In this document: piece by piece, positions 10,572 to 20,400 of the stretch
Numbering within the stretch: the first letter of the stretch is position 1
Layout: each line of letters begins with the position of its first letter
Assembly (NCBI GenBank): GCA_964035545.1
Contig: OZ037767.1
Coordinates: forward strand, 10,984,581-11,048,580
Direction: 5' to 3'
DNA length: 64,000 nucleotides
From: Bugula neritina
Lineage: Eukaryota; Animalia; Bryozoa
The notes under the pieces: generated by a model
The model's input: only the letters and a program-made list of their open reading frames with translations
The model's database searches: none
Told to the model about the DNA's origin: nothing
Position numbers and translations under genes: made by a program

Positions 10572-10577
10572 AGGAGT
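10520..10577 (+). promoter_or_regulatory. Putative -1 ribosomal frameshift signal (G_UUA_AAC plus downstream stem/pseudoknot)
   Basis: The heptamer is in gag phase at 10520-10526. A perfect 10-bp GC stem (10532-10541/10555-10564) starts 5 nt downstream. Loop ACTCC can pair with GGAGT at 10573-10577. The -1 frame is open downstream. Confidence 0.7.
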
Positions 10578-10859
10578 ATGGTGGAACGCGACGTCGTCTG
10601 TCCGTACGGACACGGCGGAACATTCCACCCGAGTGGCAGGTACCACGCAGGACTAGTAGGCCCGCACAACGGCCCAGTACCTTCTCCCTGCCACTCGCTA
10701 ACCGGTTTCACCGGTTACCTCGGGAAGAGGAGCCCGCCACTGAAATGGAGCCAGAAGGCCCAGTGGAGAGGCCCAAACCCCGCCGGCACCAACCTCGCCG
10801 CCGGAAGCCCCGTAAACCACGGGTGAAACCCCCGCCGTCCTGTCAAACCAGGACAGCAC

Positions 10860-13800
10860 ATGCGGGGGGGGGTGAAAGTACAACCACATGGAGAGAGCTA
10901 TTTCCTACCCGGAAAGGTGGCCGGCAACGCCGTCACTTTCCTGCTCGACTCCGGTTGTACTACCAACCTTCTCAGTCGCAGAGTCTTTGAGGCACTGCCC
11001 CGCCGGGACAGGGATAGAGTACGACCGTATACTGGAGAGCATGGCACCCTGGCAGACGGGTCATGTATCCCCTTTTATGGTATTATCGAGCTCCCTGGGC
11101 GTGTCCGAGATCAGGCTGTACAGGAGACCTTTATCATAGGTCAACTGGAGGAAGATGCTATCCTCGGAATGCCCTTCTTGAAGCAACACCAGTGCCGAAT
11201 AGATTTCAGTAAATCGGTGGTGCTGATGGGCGGGCGAGAACTCGCCTGTGTGGATAAGTTTGGGCGTCCTCTGGTGGGCGGTGTTCAGGTAGTTCGAAAC
11301 TGCACCGTACCCGGACGCTCCAGAGCTACTATCCACTGCCGAGTGAACAGCAACCGGATAGCCAGGCTCGGGGTCGTTGAAAGCGCGCACGAAAAGATCC
11401 AACTCGCCAGTAGTTTAAACCGACTAACTGAGCGAGGGGAGGTCTTAGTGCAGTGCGTCAACCCCTTTACCGAGCCCATTGAGCTCCCAGCTGGGTCAAT
11501 GCTGGGCCGGTTCCATTCCGTCCAGGAAGAGGACGTGGGCCCGTCGCTGGGTGACGCGACGGAGGCACCCCCTCGACACCCTATTCAGGGACGAGGGGCA
11601 GTCCCAACACATCTCCGGGAGTTATACGAAACAGCCAGTGGCGGCTGCGCGAGTAACAGAGAACGCCAAGCTATGGCCAAGTTACTACGCGACTACGGTG
11701 ATGTGTTCAGCAGCGGAGAGCATGACGTGGGACTGACTGGAATTGTCAGACACGAAATACCGCTGACTGCAGGGACAACCCCTGTCCGGCAGCCCACGCG
11801 CAGGCTGGGGCCGGAGAAAGAGAAGGAGGTTAGCCGACAAGTACGGGATCTTCTGGACCGGGGACTGATAGAGCCCGCCCACAGTGCGTGGAGCTCGCCA
11901 GTCGTACTGGTCCGGAAGAAAGACGGCAGTTGGCGGTTCTGTGTGGACTACCGCAAACTCAATAGCGTAACCATACAGGACGCCTACCCTCTACCTCGTA
12001 TTGACGAGTCATTGGACGCCCTAGCCGGCAGCAAGTACTTCAATACGTTAGACTTGCTAAGCGGCTATTGGCAGGTTCCTCTGAGTCCCGACGCCCAAGA
12101 GAAAGCGGCGTTTATCACACGGGACGGTTTGTGGAAGTGGAAGGTGCTGCCCTTCGGGTTAACCTCCGCCCCAGCCACCTTCCAGAGGCTGATGGAACAA
12201 GTCCTTAGCGGACTCCACTGGAAGACACTGCTGGTCTACCTCGATGATGTCATCGTAATCTCTCCAGACTTCGAGACACATGTCAGTCGTCTGCAGGAGG
12301 TTTTCGAGAGACTCCGAGGTGCCGGTCTTAAGCTCAAACCTTCCAAGTGCGCTCTATTGCAGCCGGAGGTCAAGTACCTGGGGCACGTTGTCGGTCGAAA
12401 CGGCGTGGCAGCGGATCCCGAAAAGGTACGGGCAGTAGAAGACTGGGTCACCCCCCAAGACTTGACCGGACTCCGGGCTTTCTTGGGGCTGGTAGGGTAT
12501 TACAGGCAATACATACCAGACTTTGCGGGCATAGCCCAGCCGTTAAACCGGCTCACCGCAAAGGGAGTGACGTGGCAGTGGACCCCAGTCGAACAAGAAG
12601 CGTTCGACCGCCTCAAGGGCTGCCTATTAACGGCGCCCATCTTGGCCTACCCAGACCCCACTCTGGAGTACATCCTTGACACAGACGCCAGTGACCAGAA
12701 TGTTGGCGCTGTGCTGTCACAAGTGCAGGAAGGCCGAGAGGTAGTAGTAGCCTACTACAGCAAGTCTCTCTCACCCGCTGAACGAAATTACTGCACTACC
12801 CGCAAGGAGCTGCTGGCAGTAATCAAGTCAGTGAAGCACTTCAGACCATACCTATATGGCAGGAAGTTCCGGCTGCGTACGGATCATGCCTCGCTGATCT
12901 GGTTGTGCAGGAGAGCAGAGCCCTCTAGTCAGGTCGCCCGGTGGCTCGAAATCCTAGCTGAATTCTCGTACCGGATCGAACACCGACCGGGCAAGAGACA
13001 CAGCAATGCGGATGGGTTGAGTCGCCGACCTGACGGAGGTTGCAAACAGTGTCTCAACATCGAGAGGAGGGATGGAGGTCCCCCACGATGCGAGTTGGAG
13101 ACGCTGGCTCATCACGGAGCATCATTTGACTGGGATCAAGGTCAACTCAGGCAAAGAGTTGATGAATCCCCGGAGGATGTACAAAACCTCCGCGCCAACC
13201 CTGTACTGGCCGGTAATGTTCGAGAGCTGAAGAAGCTCCAAGAAGAGCTGCCTGGAGTCGTGGCAGACATATACCGGGCCAAAAGGGAAGGGCGACGACC
13301 CAGCGAGGAACGCATACGACAGGGATGCGCCGAGTTCCGGCTATACTGTCAGCGTTGGGACTCGCTGCGGATCGGGCAGGATGGGTTGCTAACCATCTCT
13401 CTAGCTGCCAGCGGCAGACACCCGGAAAGGAAGAGGGTAGTCTGCCCCACAGCCATCCGCCGTGAGTTGATTTGGGATACTCACAAGCAGGCCCACGCAG
13501 GGGTCAAGCGAGTGATATCCAAATTACGACTCCGGTGGTATTGGCCGCAGATGGAGCGTGACGTCCGGCTCAGAGTCAAACAGTGTGAGATCTGCCAGGC
13601 CAGTAAGCATAGCCGCCCCCCTGGTGAAGCAGGACGGCGGAGGCTATATGCTGGTAGGCCCTGGCAAGTAGTCGCTGTAGACCTGGTCGGACCCATGCCC
13701 CTGACCCCCAGAGGCAATAATTGGATCCTAGTACTAACCGACCACTTTACTAGGTGGGCGGATGCTCTGGCTATATCAGATGCATCAGCCCCGACAGTGG

Positions 13801-15146
13801 CCAGGGCGCTAGACCAACATGTATTCTGTTATTTTGGGCTCCCCGAACAGATACACTCTGATCAAGGCGCTCAATTCCAGTCTCAACTGATGAGCGACCT
13901 TTGCCGCCTCTGGGGAGTAAATCAGAGCAGGACCACCCCCTACCACCCTCAAGGTAACGGGGTGGTGGAGCGCAGCAACCGGATGCTAGGTGATGCACTC
14001 CGGAGTCTCCTCCTTGGACGAGGCCAAGAGGAATGGGATACGGTGTTGCCGCAAGTCATGCGTGCATACCGTAGCACCCCACACACCAGTACTGGTGAGA
14101 CCCCAAACCTCTTGATGCTCGGGAGAGAGACTCGTGTCCCTGACCATCTCACCTATCACGTTCCAGAGCAAGATAACTCAGTCCACGAGTATGCCAGTGA
14201 ACTAGTGGAACGGATGAAGGCCGCACACGATATACTGCGCCAACAGCAGTGGAAGGTGCGGCACGAAGATTCCGATGAACCACCTCTCTATCAAAGGGGA
14301 GATAAGGTGTGGATGGTCAATTACCGTAGGCGCCGCGGACAGGCTGATAAGCTGAAGCCTAAGTTCGTAGGCCCCTACGTGGTCGTCGAGGCTATGCCCA
14401 ATCATACGTACAAGATTGAGCGCTCAGGACAGGTGTCTATCCAGAATGAGTCTCGCTTGAAACCGTATTGGGCTAGCCCTGACGGAGTGGGAGAAGCCCC
14501 CCCGTTGTTAGAGCCCAGGAGGCAGACAACGACGCGCGGGCGACGGCGGCATGGACCTGAATACGAAGTGGTCATACCGCGGGAGGAAAACTTGGTGAGA
14601 GAGGAGCGGCAGCTTTTGTCAACAGAAGCGTGTCCGCCACCGCCAAGTCTAATTCCATCACTTCCAGAAACCGAGCCGGTTCCGGAAGTGCAAACCCCCA
14701 CGGAGGGAGGGGCTCCATCCGGAGAACAAGAAGAGGTGACCACTAACGGTGAAGTAGAGACGCCATTAGAGGCCCCTACTAACGAACCGGCAAGCGTGTC
14801 ACCCCCCCTAGAAAGGGGACAGCGTACGAGGAAACCCCCACCGTATTTGAAAGACTTCATATGTGACTGCATTAGAAGCGGCGCACATGAAAGTCTAGGG
14901 GAAAACCGTACGATAAAATGTTGGAGTTGTGAACCCCACGCAAATATCAACTTTTGCGAGGGCGGAATAGTGGGAGGAATTAATGCGCGTAAAGCAAATA
15001 GTTCCGACCTCGTGCCTCAGAAACGATGCTCAGCCTTTTCTTATGCTGACATCGCCAAAGGCAGACGTATCTCACAACCAGCTCCAACCTTACCAAGAAC
15101 GTTGAGTATGGACATTAATACCGAGTTCCCAGGTAAGCCAGTATAA
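10860..15146 (+). CDS. pol: Pol polyprotein: aspartic protease, reverse transcriptase, RNase H, integrase
   Basis: LLDSGC protease; WRFCVDYRKLN, LPFGL and YLDD RT; TDAS and RTDH RNase H; H-H-C-C zinc domain; VDLVGP/HSDQG/VERSNR DDE integrase; GPY module. The true N-terminus probably begins in the -1 frame at ~10520. Confidence 0.97.
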   Translation: MRGGVKVQPHGESYFLPGKVAGNAVTFLLDSGCTTNLLSRRVFEALPRRDRDRVRPYTGEHGTLADGSCIPFYGIIELPGRVRDQAVQETFIIGQLEEDAILGMPFLKQHQCRIDFSKSVVLMGGRELACVDKFGRPLVGGVQVVRNCTVPGRSRATIHCRVNSNRIARLGVVESAHEKIQLASSLNRLTERGEVLVQCVNPFTEPIELPAGSMLGRFHSVQEEDVGPSLGDATEAPPRHPIQGRGAVPTHLRELYETASGGCASNRERQAMAKLLRDYGDVFSSGEHDVGLTGIVRHEIPLTAGTTPVRQPTRRLGPEKEKEVSRQVRDLLDRGLIEPAHSAWSSPVVLVRKKDGSWRFCVDYRKLNSVTIQDAYPLPRIDESLDALAGSKYFNTLDLLSGYWQVPLSPDAQEKAAFITRDGLWKWKVLPFGLTSAPATFQRLMEQVLSGLHWKTLLVYLDDVIVISPDFETHVSRLQEVFERLRGAGLKLKPSKCALLQPEVKYLGHVVGRNGVAADPEKVRAVEDWVTPQDLTGLRAFLGLVGYYRQYIPDFAGIAQPLNRLTAKGVTWQWTPVEQEAFDRLKGCLLTAPILAYPDPTLEYILDTDASDQNVGAVLSQVQEGREVVVAYYSKSLSPAERNYCTTRKELLAVIKSVKHFRPYLYGRKFRLRTDHASLIWLCRRAEPSSQVARWLEILAEFSYRIEHRPGKRHSNADGLSRRPDGGCKQCLNIERRDGGPPRCELETLAHHGASFDWDQGQLRQRVDESPEDVQNLRANPVLAGNVRELKKLQEELPGVVADIYRAKREGRRPSEERIRQGCAEFRLYCQRWDSLRIGQDGLLTISLAASGRHPERKRVVCPTAIRRELIWDTHKQAHAGVKRVISKLRLRWYWPQMERDVRLRVKQCEICQASKHSRPPGEAGRRRLYAGRPWQVVAVDLVGPMPLTPRGNNWILVLTDHFTRWADALAISDASAPTVARALDQHVFCYFGLPEQIHSDQGAQFQSQLMSDLCRLWGVNQSRTTPYHPQGNGVVERSNRMLGDALRSLLLGRGQEEWDTVLPQVMRAYRSTPHTSTGETPNLLMLGRETRVPDHLTYHVPEQDNSVHEYASELVERMKAAHDILRQQQWKVRHEDSDEPPLYQRGDKVWMVNYRRRRGQADKLKPKFVGPYVVVEAMPNHTYKIERSGQVSIQNESRLKPYWASPDGVGEAPPLLEPRRQTTTRGRRRHGPEYEVVIPREENLVREERQLLSTEACPPPPSLIPSLPETEPVPEVQTPTEGGAPSGEQEEVTTNGEVETPLEAPTNEPASVSPPLERGQRTRKPPPYLKDFICDCIRSGAHESLGENRTIKCWSCEPHANINFCEGGIVGGINARKANSSDLVPQKRCSAFSYADIAKGRRISQPAPTLPRTLSMDINTEFPGKPV

Positions 15147-15163
15147 GTCTTGTATTCCTATTC

Positions 15164-16237
15164 ATGGAAACGGGCTCGATGCCAGTAAATTCTGAACTAA
15201 TTCAGCAGATTGAATCAGAATTACTGGGAACCACGTTTCATGTGAATGACGATGAAGACACTGTAATGGCCGATGGTCTGTTAGACCTGGAGCTAGACAC
15301 TGTTCTTGGTCAGTCCACACATGATTCATCAGTTCCTCGAGTGCATTCCAAAAGCTGTGACTCTCAGGCTAGCAACGGTCGACAGTCACTAGAATTAGGT
15401 TGTAAAGATCCACCGCGATCTAACACTAATTCTACTTTTGTAGACACACTCGCGCCCGTCTCTCCGGGCATGCCTTCTCTAGAGATGGCGTGGGACTCAG
15501 AGCCGGCCCCAACAACTTCTACAACCAGGCAACTGCCACCCCAGTTGGAAGCAACCTCCAACTGGATTACAACTGCCACAGAGAGAGAGATCAGGACCCA
15601 TCAAGGAGGTGAGGGTAATCGTGAATGCAACCTCTGCCAGCAGCGATTCACGACCCACCGCAGACTAAAAGTACACTTGCCGCAACACTACATCACCACT
15701 TTCTGCCCTTGCGGAGAATATAGCTACAATCGTGATTACCTGTTGCGGCACCAACGTACTATGCAGTGTTATCAAGGGCATGTCTATGAAGTAGACGAAT
15801 CATCCTATCCTGCCTTTCTCAACGCCATCAAACCACTCATCACTGACTCAGCTCGGCTATCTCGCCTGGAGCAAGGCTTCCCTTCCCCGCGACCCATCAT
15901 CTCTGGAGCCGCAGATAAACCTACACAGTCTACTAACTCTCCACCTCACAGTCCTATACGCATGCCGCATACCTTTCCTCGTGTCGTACTACAGAGAGTA
16001 GACACGAATGCGTATACACTCCCTCCTCCCCTTCCATCCTCAGAGCGGAAAAGACACAGGCAGCCAACTTCCTCTCGCTCGTCCCCCTGGGCCCGTAACC
16101 TACGTGAGGTAGAAGCTAGGGCGCATGACTTGGAGCAAGAAGTGTACAGGCTGGCCCCACGGGTACAGGCAGCATCCAGTGAACTCAAATATTTACAGGA
16201 GTCTATTAAACGCATGAAGCGTGCGGCCCGCAGTTAA
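15164..16237 (+). CDS. ORF3: C2H2-type zinc-finger protein with basic patch and C-terminal coiled coil (not env-like)
   Basis: 357-aa intact ORF between pol and the PPT: CNLC..RFTTHRRLKVHLPQH and FCPCGEYSYNRDYLLRHQR; RKRHR; LREVEARAHDLEQEVYRL..ELKYLQESIKRMK. No signal peptide or transmembrane segment. Confidence 0.85.
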   Translation: METGSMPVNSELIQQIESELLGTTFHVNDDEDTVMADGLLDLELDTVLGQSTHDSSVPRVHSKSCDSQASNGRQSLELGCKDPPRSNTNSTFVDTLAPVSPGMPSLEMAWDSEPAPTTSTTRQLPPQLEATSNWITTATEREIRTHQGGEGNRECNLCQQRFTTHRRLKVHLPQHYITTFCPCGEYSYNRDYLLRHQRTMQCYQGHVYEVDESSYPAFLNAIKPLITDSARLSRLEQGFPSPRPIISGAADKPTQSTNSPPHSPIRMPHTFPRVVLQRVDTNAYTLPPPLPSSERKRHRQPTSSRSSPWARNLREVEARAHDLEQEVYRLAPRVQAASSELKYLQESIKRMKRAARS

Positions 16238-16494
16238 CTCGAGTCTACCTACAACTCCCTACTACTCATTCCCCTACCTCTCTGTGGCATTCCCTACCGT
16301 AATGGTGGCACGTACTCTATATGTAGATAGGATCTTCTCTTGCTTATTACTTAGTGCACGTTATATATACCTGTATATTTTTTACCAGTTGTTTTATTTT
16401 GTATATACTTTTATACTGTTCTCTTACCCCCCCACAACGAAGTATACGTTTTTTTTATGTGAATCTTATTTTATCAGAAAGTGGGCTTTCTGCT

Positions 16495-16505
16495 GGAGGG
16501 GGCAG
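16495..16505 (+). other. Polypurine tract
   Basis: GGAGGGGGCAG immediately before the 3' LTR TG. Confidence 0.85.
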
Positions 16506-16810
16506 TGTGGTGGCTCGTGGAGCTACCAGCAACACAATACGCAAGGTTGCGTATTGACCCGGAACAATGTATAAGCCAATTAGCTAAGCTGTTTGATAAG
16601 TAATAGTAGCCGCTTCGCGCTACTAGCTCAGTTGAGGATAGTGCTGTAAACTAAATAGACGTGCGTATCATTACTGTTGTACATTGGATTTTTATTATGT
16701 ATTCTTGTATTAAATATAACGATATCTACTCGACTTAACTGGTGAAGTTTCTCTAGTGTTAAATAGACTCTCTTGGTGGCACATCAACCCTAAATCTGAA
16801 AACTATAACA
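16506..16810 (+). repeat. 3' LTR
   Basis: Identical to the 5' LTR except at 16573 (A vs T at 9434) and 16661 (G vs A at 9522). Confidence 0.97.
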
Positions 16811-17455
16811 ATATTATGGTGCTTCTTATGCAGTAACTGTGTGACTAAGAGTGTTTGAAGGTATTGCATTATAATTTATATTTTGCAATCACCGCTGAAT
16901 CCCAAAAGGGCTATTGAAGTTAAAATTGATTATATGCATAGAGTTTGGTAAGCTTTTATTACCCCTGCACTAATCAATAACACAAATAAGCTAAGTATCA
17001 AAACAATAACCAAATTTAATTTCTACTTATAATAAAGAAAACAGTAAACCGACAACTGATAGTAACTCTAGCAAGTTTTAAAAGACCTTTGTAAACTGTT
17101 GAAACCAAACTAAATGCTTCATAGCACACTAAAGCGGTATCATATAGCATTATGCAGAAAAAAGATATCAGTTTTGTCTGAAAAAGCAGCTGAAAGCTTG
17201 TTTTAACACATCAATGCTATGTTGGAACAAACATCAGTTAATTTTAGCAAGTCTTGTGAGATCACACTACATAATGCTACTGCCACATGCAAGCTTTTGA
17301 AAAATTACCATGAGTATTTTTTTAAGTTTTGTGCTAACTATTTCACGAAATCTTCAACTATATTATATTTATGTTGACGTGCAATTTCAAAAGTTTAGAG
17401 TTTAGACCATCTTGGAACCGTGCATGTTGTTTTTATATCAATTTCTTGTAGAGTT

Positions 17456-20400
17456 ATGCCAAGTACAAAGCATCAAATAGTTGTGGTTGGTGCTGGTATA
17501 TCTGGTATGAGTTGTGCTTATCGTCTTCAAACAGAACTTCCTAATGTCCAGGTACTCATCTAGTTATTTCTCATTTTAGAAGTTATCTTCTTTGTTAGTT
17601 TTGTATATTTGGGAGACAACTTCAAATTAAAAATGTTTCATAGTTTTGTTTTTAATTCAAAGGTCACAGTAATGTCTGATGATTTCACACCAAATTTAAC
17701 TTCTGGTGGTTCTGGTGGCTTATGGGAACCGTACGCTGCTTCTGGCACGAATCCAGACAAAATAAAGTAATTTTCACCTAATTTAGTAGCAAGTAAGAAG
17801 TTGGTATTTTCAGAGTTCGAGTTCCGTAATATCGGTTTGTTAGACAATAAGTTATTTTTGCTAACTTCAAGAAAATGGAGTGACATTACTTATGAATATC
17901 TGGAGAAGCTAGCTCTATCATCTGATTCCCTCAAAGCAGGGGTGTCTTGTGTTGGCGCCCACTATCTAAGCAAGGATCCTTTGCTAGAGGCAAGTCCACT
18001 ATCATTGCTCTGGTTTTATATAGATAGGTTACCATATGGTTTGCAATGTTTATATGCTGTCAACTGTGTAAATGTCTTTAACTTCGATTACTCTTAATAG
18101 TGTTTTCCACATCCATTGAAAAATAATTCTAAATTTAACCATAAATTAGTTTTTGCAATATTTTGCTGTAATAAAATTATTGGTCAACAAATTTGAGTTT
18201 TTGATATTTTTGCTTCCGTGAGCTAGTTATATTGGAAGCATTTTAATTTTTTCAAAATGTTTGAACTTGAGCTCCGAACTTGGTTTATACTTTCTGAATA
18301 TTTTCTCGGCCAATCATATTCTTGGTTACAAGATATACTAATATTGTAATCTGCCTGTCCATAGATTCCCTGTATAATGAGACATACGAAACATGTTCGG
18401 AGAATGACTAAGGAACAAGCCAGGCGAATGCATCCAGCTGCTATAGACGGATACAGCTACTCCACATTTACCTGTGAACCTAAGACTTATCTCCCCTGGA
18501 TTACTGAAAAGTATGTGCCATAGCTTCACATATACATATTATGCATTTTTTTAGCCAATCACATTCATGGTTTCGTACCTCAAAGGTCTCTAGGCCAATC
18601 ATCTTCCTGGTTGCAAAATTTTCAGAGTTGGTATACTGTTGCTTTACCTTTATACACATGGCAAGTTGTTTGTATTATATATAATACAGGAATCTTAGTG
18701 AATTACACACCCTCTGCCGCATTTCTTTTGAATATACATTATTAAATAACTTCAACTGCAGGTGTATTGATGCAAATGTAGATAGGGAAACTTTCAACCT
18801 TATGTCAGTCACATAATTTACATTTATAATGTAGCAAGGTGAATATGGCGAGTTTTCTTAGTGTATAAAGTTTGCAGAAAGAATGCCAGCAGAATTTGTA
18901 GTTTGTTTGCTGTCAGAACTAGTAAAGCAGATTGGTTATTCCCAGAATGAGTGGTGTGTTGACGTATATTCAGCCTTCTGTTCTGCCGGTTCCACAGTAT
19001 CTGGGTTGATGAATTGTAAATACTCGGTTTATTTAGGTTGAAGAAAGCCGGAGGTTCTGTGGTGAAGAGAAGAGTGAGAGACTTAGCTAAGGTGGGATTG
19101 CTCATTCAGCTGGTTTTACATGGACACGTGTTAAATTGGTGAACTATTCCATCTATCAAAATATTTCAGATATTTCATTTGTTGGATTCATCTTTGCAGT
19201 TGTTTTAGTACAACTCATGGTTGCAGATGGCTTGGTAGTTTAAAGTATACAGAGCTATTAGTTGTATGGCACTAAGTAATACTGAATTTGTTTTTTAATA
19301 CTTACTTCTCGCTTAATACGCGTTTTTAGCTTAGTAAACGTATTGAAATTTTCTGTTCTGCAAAGAGAAACTTTAAAATAAAATACATTGATTGAGCATA
19401 TAATAATATATTTTACTTATTTATGCATATATGAACTCATTTGTTTATGAGTATATGCATATATTATGTATATGGGTGTAATCATATTATTATATATTAT
19501 ATGTATGCTTATTTTACATATTGTACTCGTTTGTGCATACATATCTACATGTTTTAATTTGAGGCATATATTTAATTACAGAACACTTAATGTGAAATAT
19601 TAACTTTCTTACAACTTTAAACTTAGTTCCATTTAAAAGAGCTTTTGTAAAATATTTACAGAGCTTTATTTAAGGAAACATAAATCAACTTAATGTATGC
19701 TGAGTTGTCCTCTCTTATAGCCTAACTTGAACTGGGCACATTAAGTATTTGTGAAATGAAGGGAAATTTACAAGCTTATTTGAGCAAGCCGCCTATAGTT
19801 TTAGTATCACTGAATGAAGCAAGACTTTTAGTTGAAGTCATAACTTTAAACAACTACACTCTGCAGCTACTAAATATTACTGCCTGCACCAATGTTTCAG
19901 TTGTGTGAAGAATTCGACCTGGTTGTGAACTGTACCGGACTGGGAGCTGAAGAATTAGCTGGGGATGCTAGTCTGGTACCGGTCCGGGGTCAAGTCATCA
20001 AGGTGAGGACAAACTGATGTTATTGAAGCGCCTTTCATGATAGCATAACTCTCAACAAGCACTAATGCTCTTCCTTGGGTATTCCAGGTAAAAGGGGTAA
20101 ACGTTGTGAGCTATAAAAGTTGGCTACTGAATGGTGACTCTTTTTGGGTGTACATAATTCCAGGGTGAGTTTTATTAGCATTTTACTCTTTCTCCCCGCC
20201 CCTCTTTCTCTAGCTCTCTCTGTGTTATGTCCGTTAAATTTTAAACCTCCACTTCCACTATTTTAATTTCAGGATAAACACGACTACTTTGGGTGGAACG
20301 TATGAGTATGGAGTTGGTGACAATAAAGTAGATGAAGGAGAACGGAAACGCATCATGGATATGTGTTGTTGGCTGGAGCCTGCACTCAAGGTTTCTGTTA

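Larger units (their letters stand above)
9367..16810 (+). mobile_element. Full-length, recently inserted Ty3/Gypsy LTR retrotransposon (7444 bp) with three ORFs
   Basis: Two 305-bp TG...CA LTRs differing at 2 sites; 4-bp TSD ATAT (9363-9366, 16811-16814); PBS; PPT; gag; pol in PR-RT-RH-IN order; ORF3; GC-rich relative to flanks. Confidence 0.98.

Noticed and set aside
10578-10826. 82-aa ORF in the same frame as gag and pol, suggesting double stop-codon readthrough
   Set aside because: It would need readthrough of both TAA and TGA. The -1 frame with slippery site, stem and NRF motif explains the junction better.
9699-16215. Numerous antisense and alternate-frame ORFs within the Gypsy element (e.g. 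9699-10139, 14402-14950, 15946-16215)
   Set aside because: Shadows of GC-rich coding sequence with no recognisable motifs.
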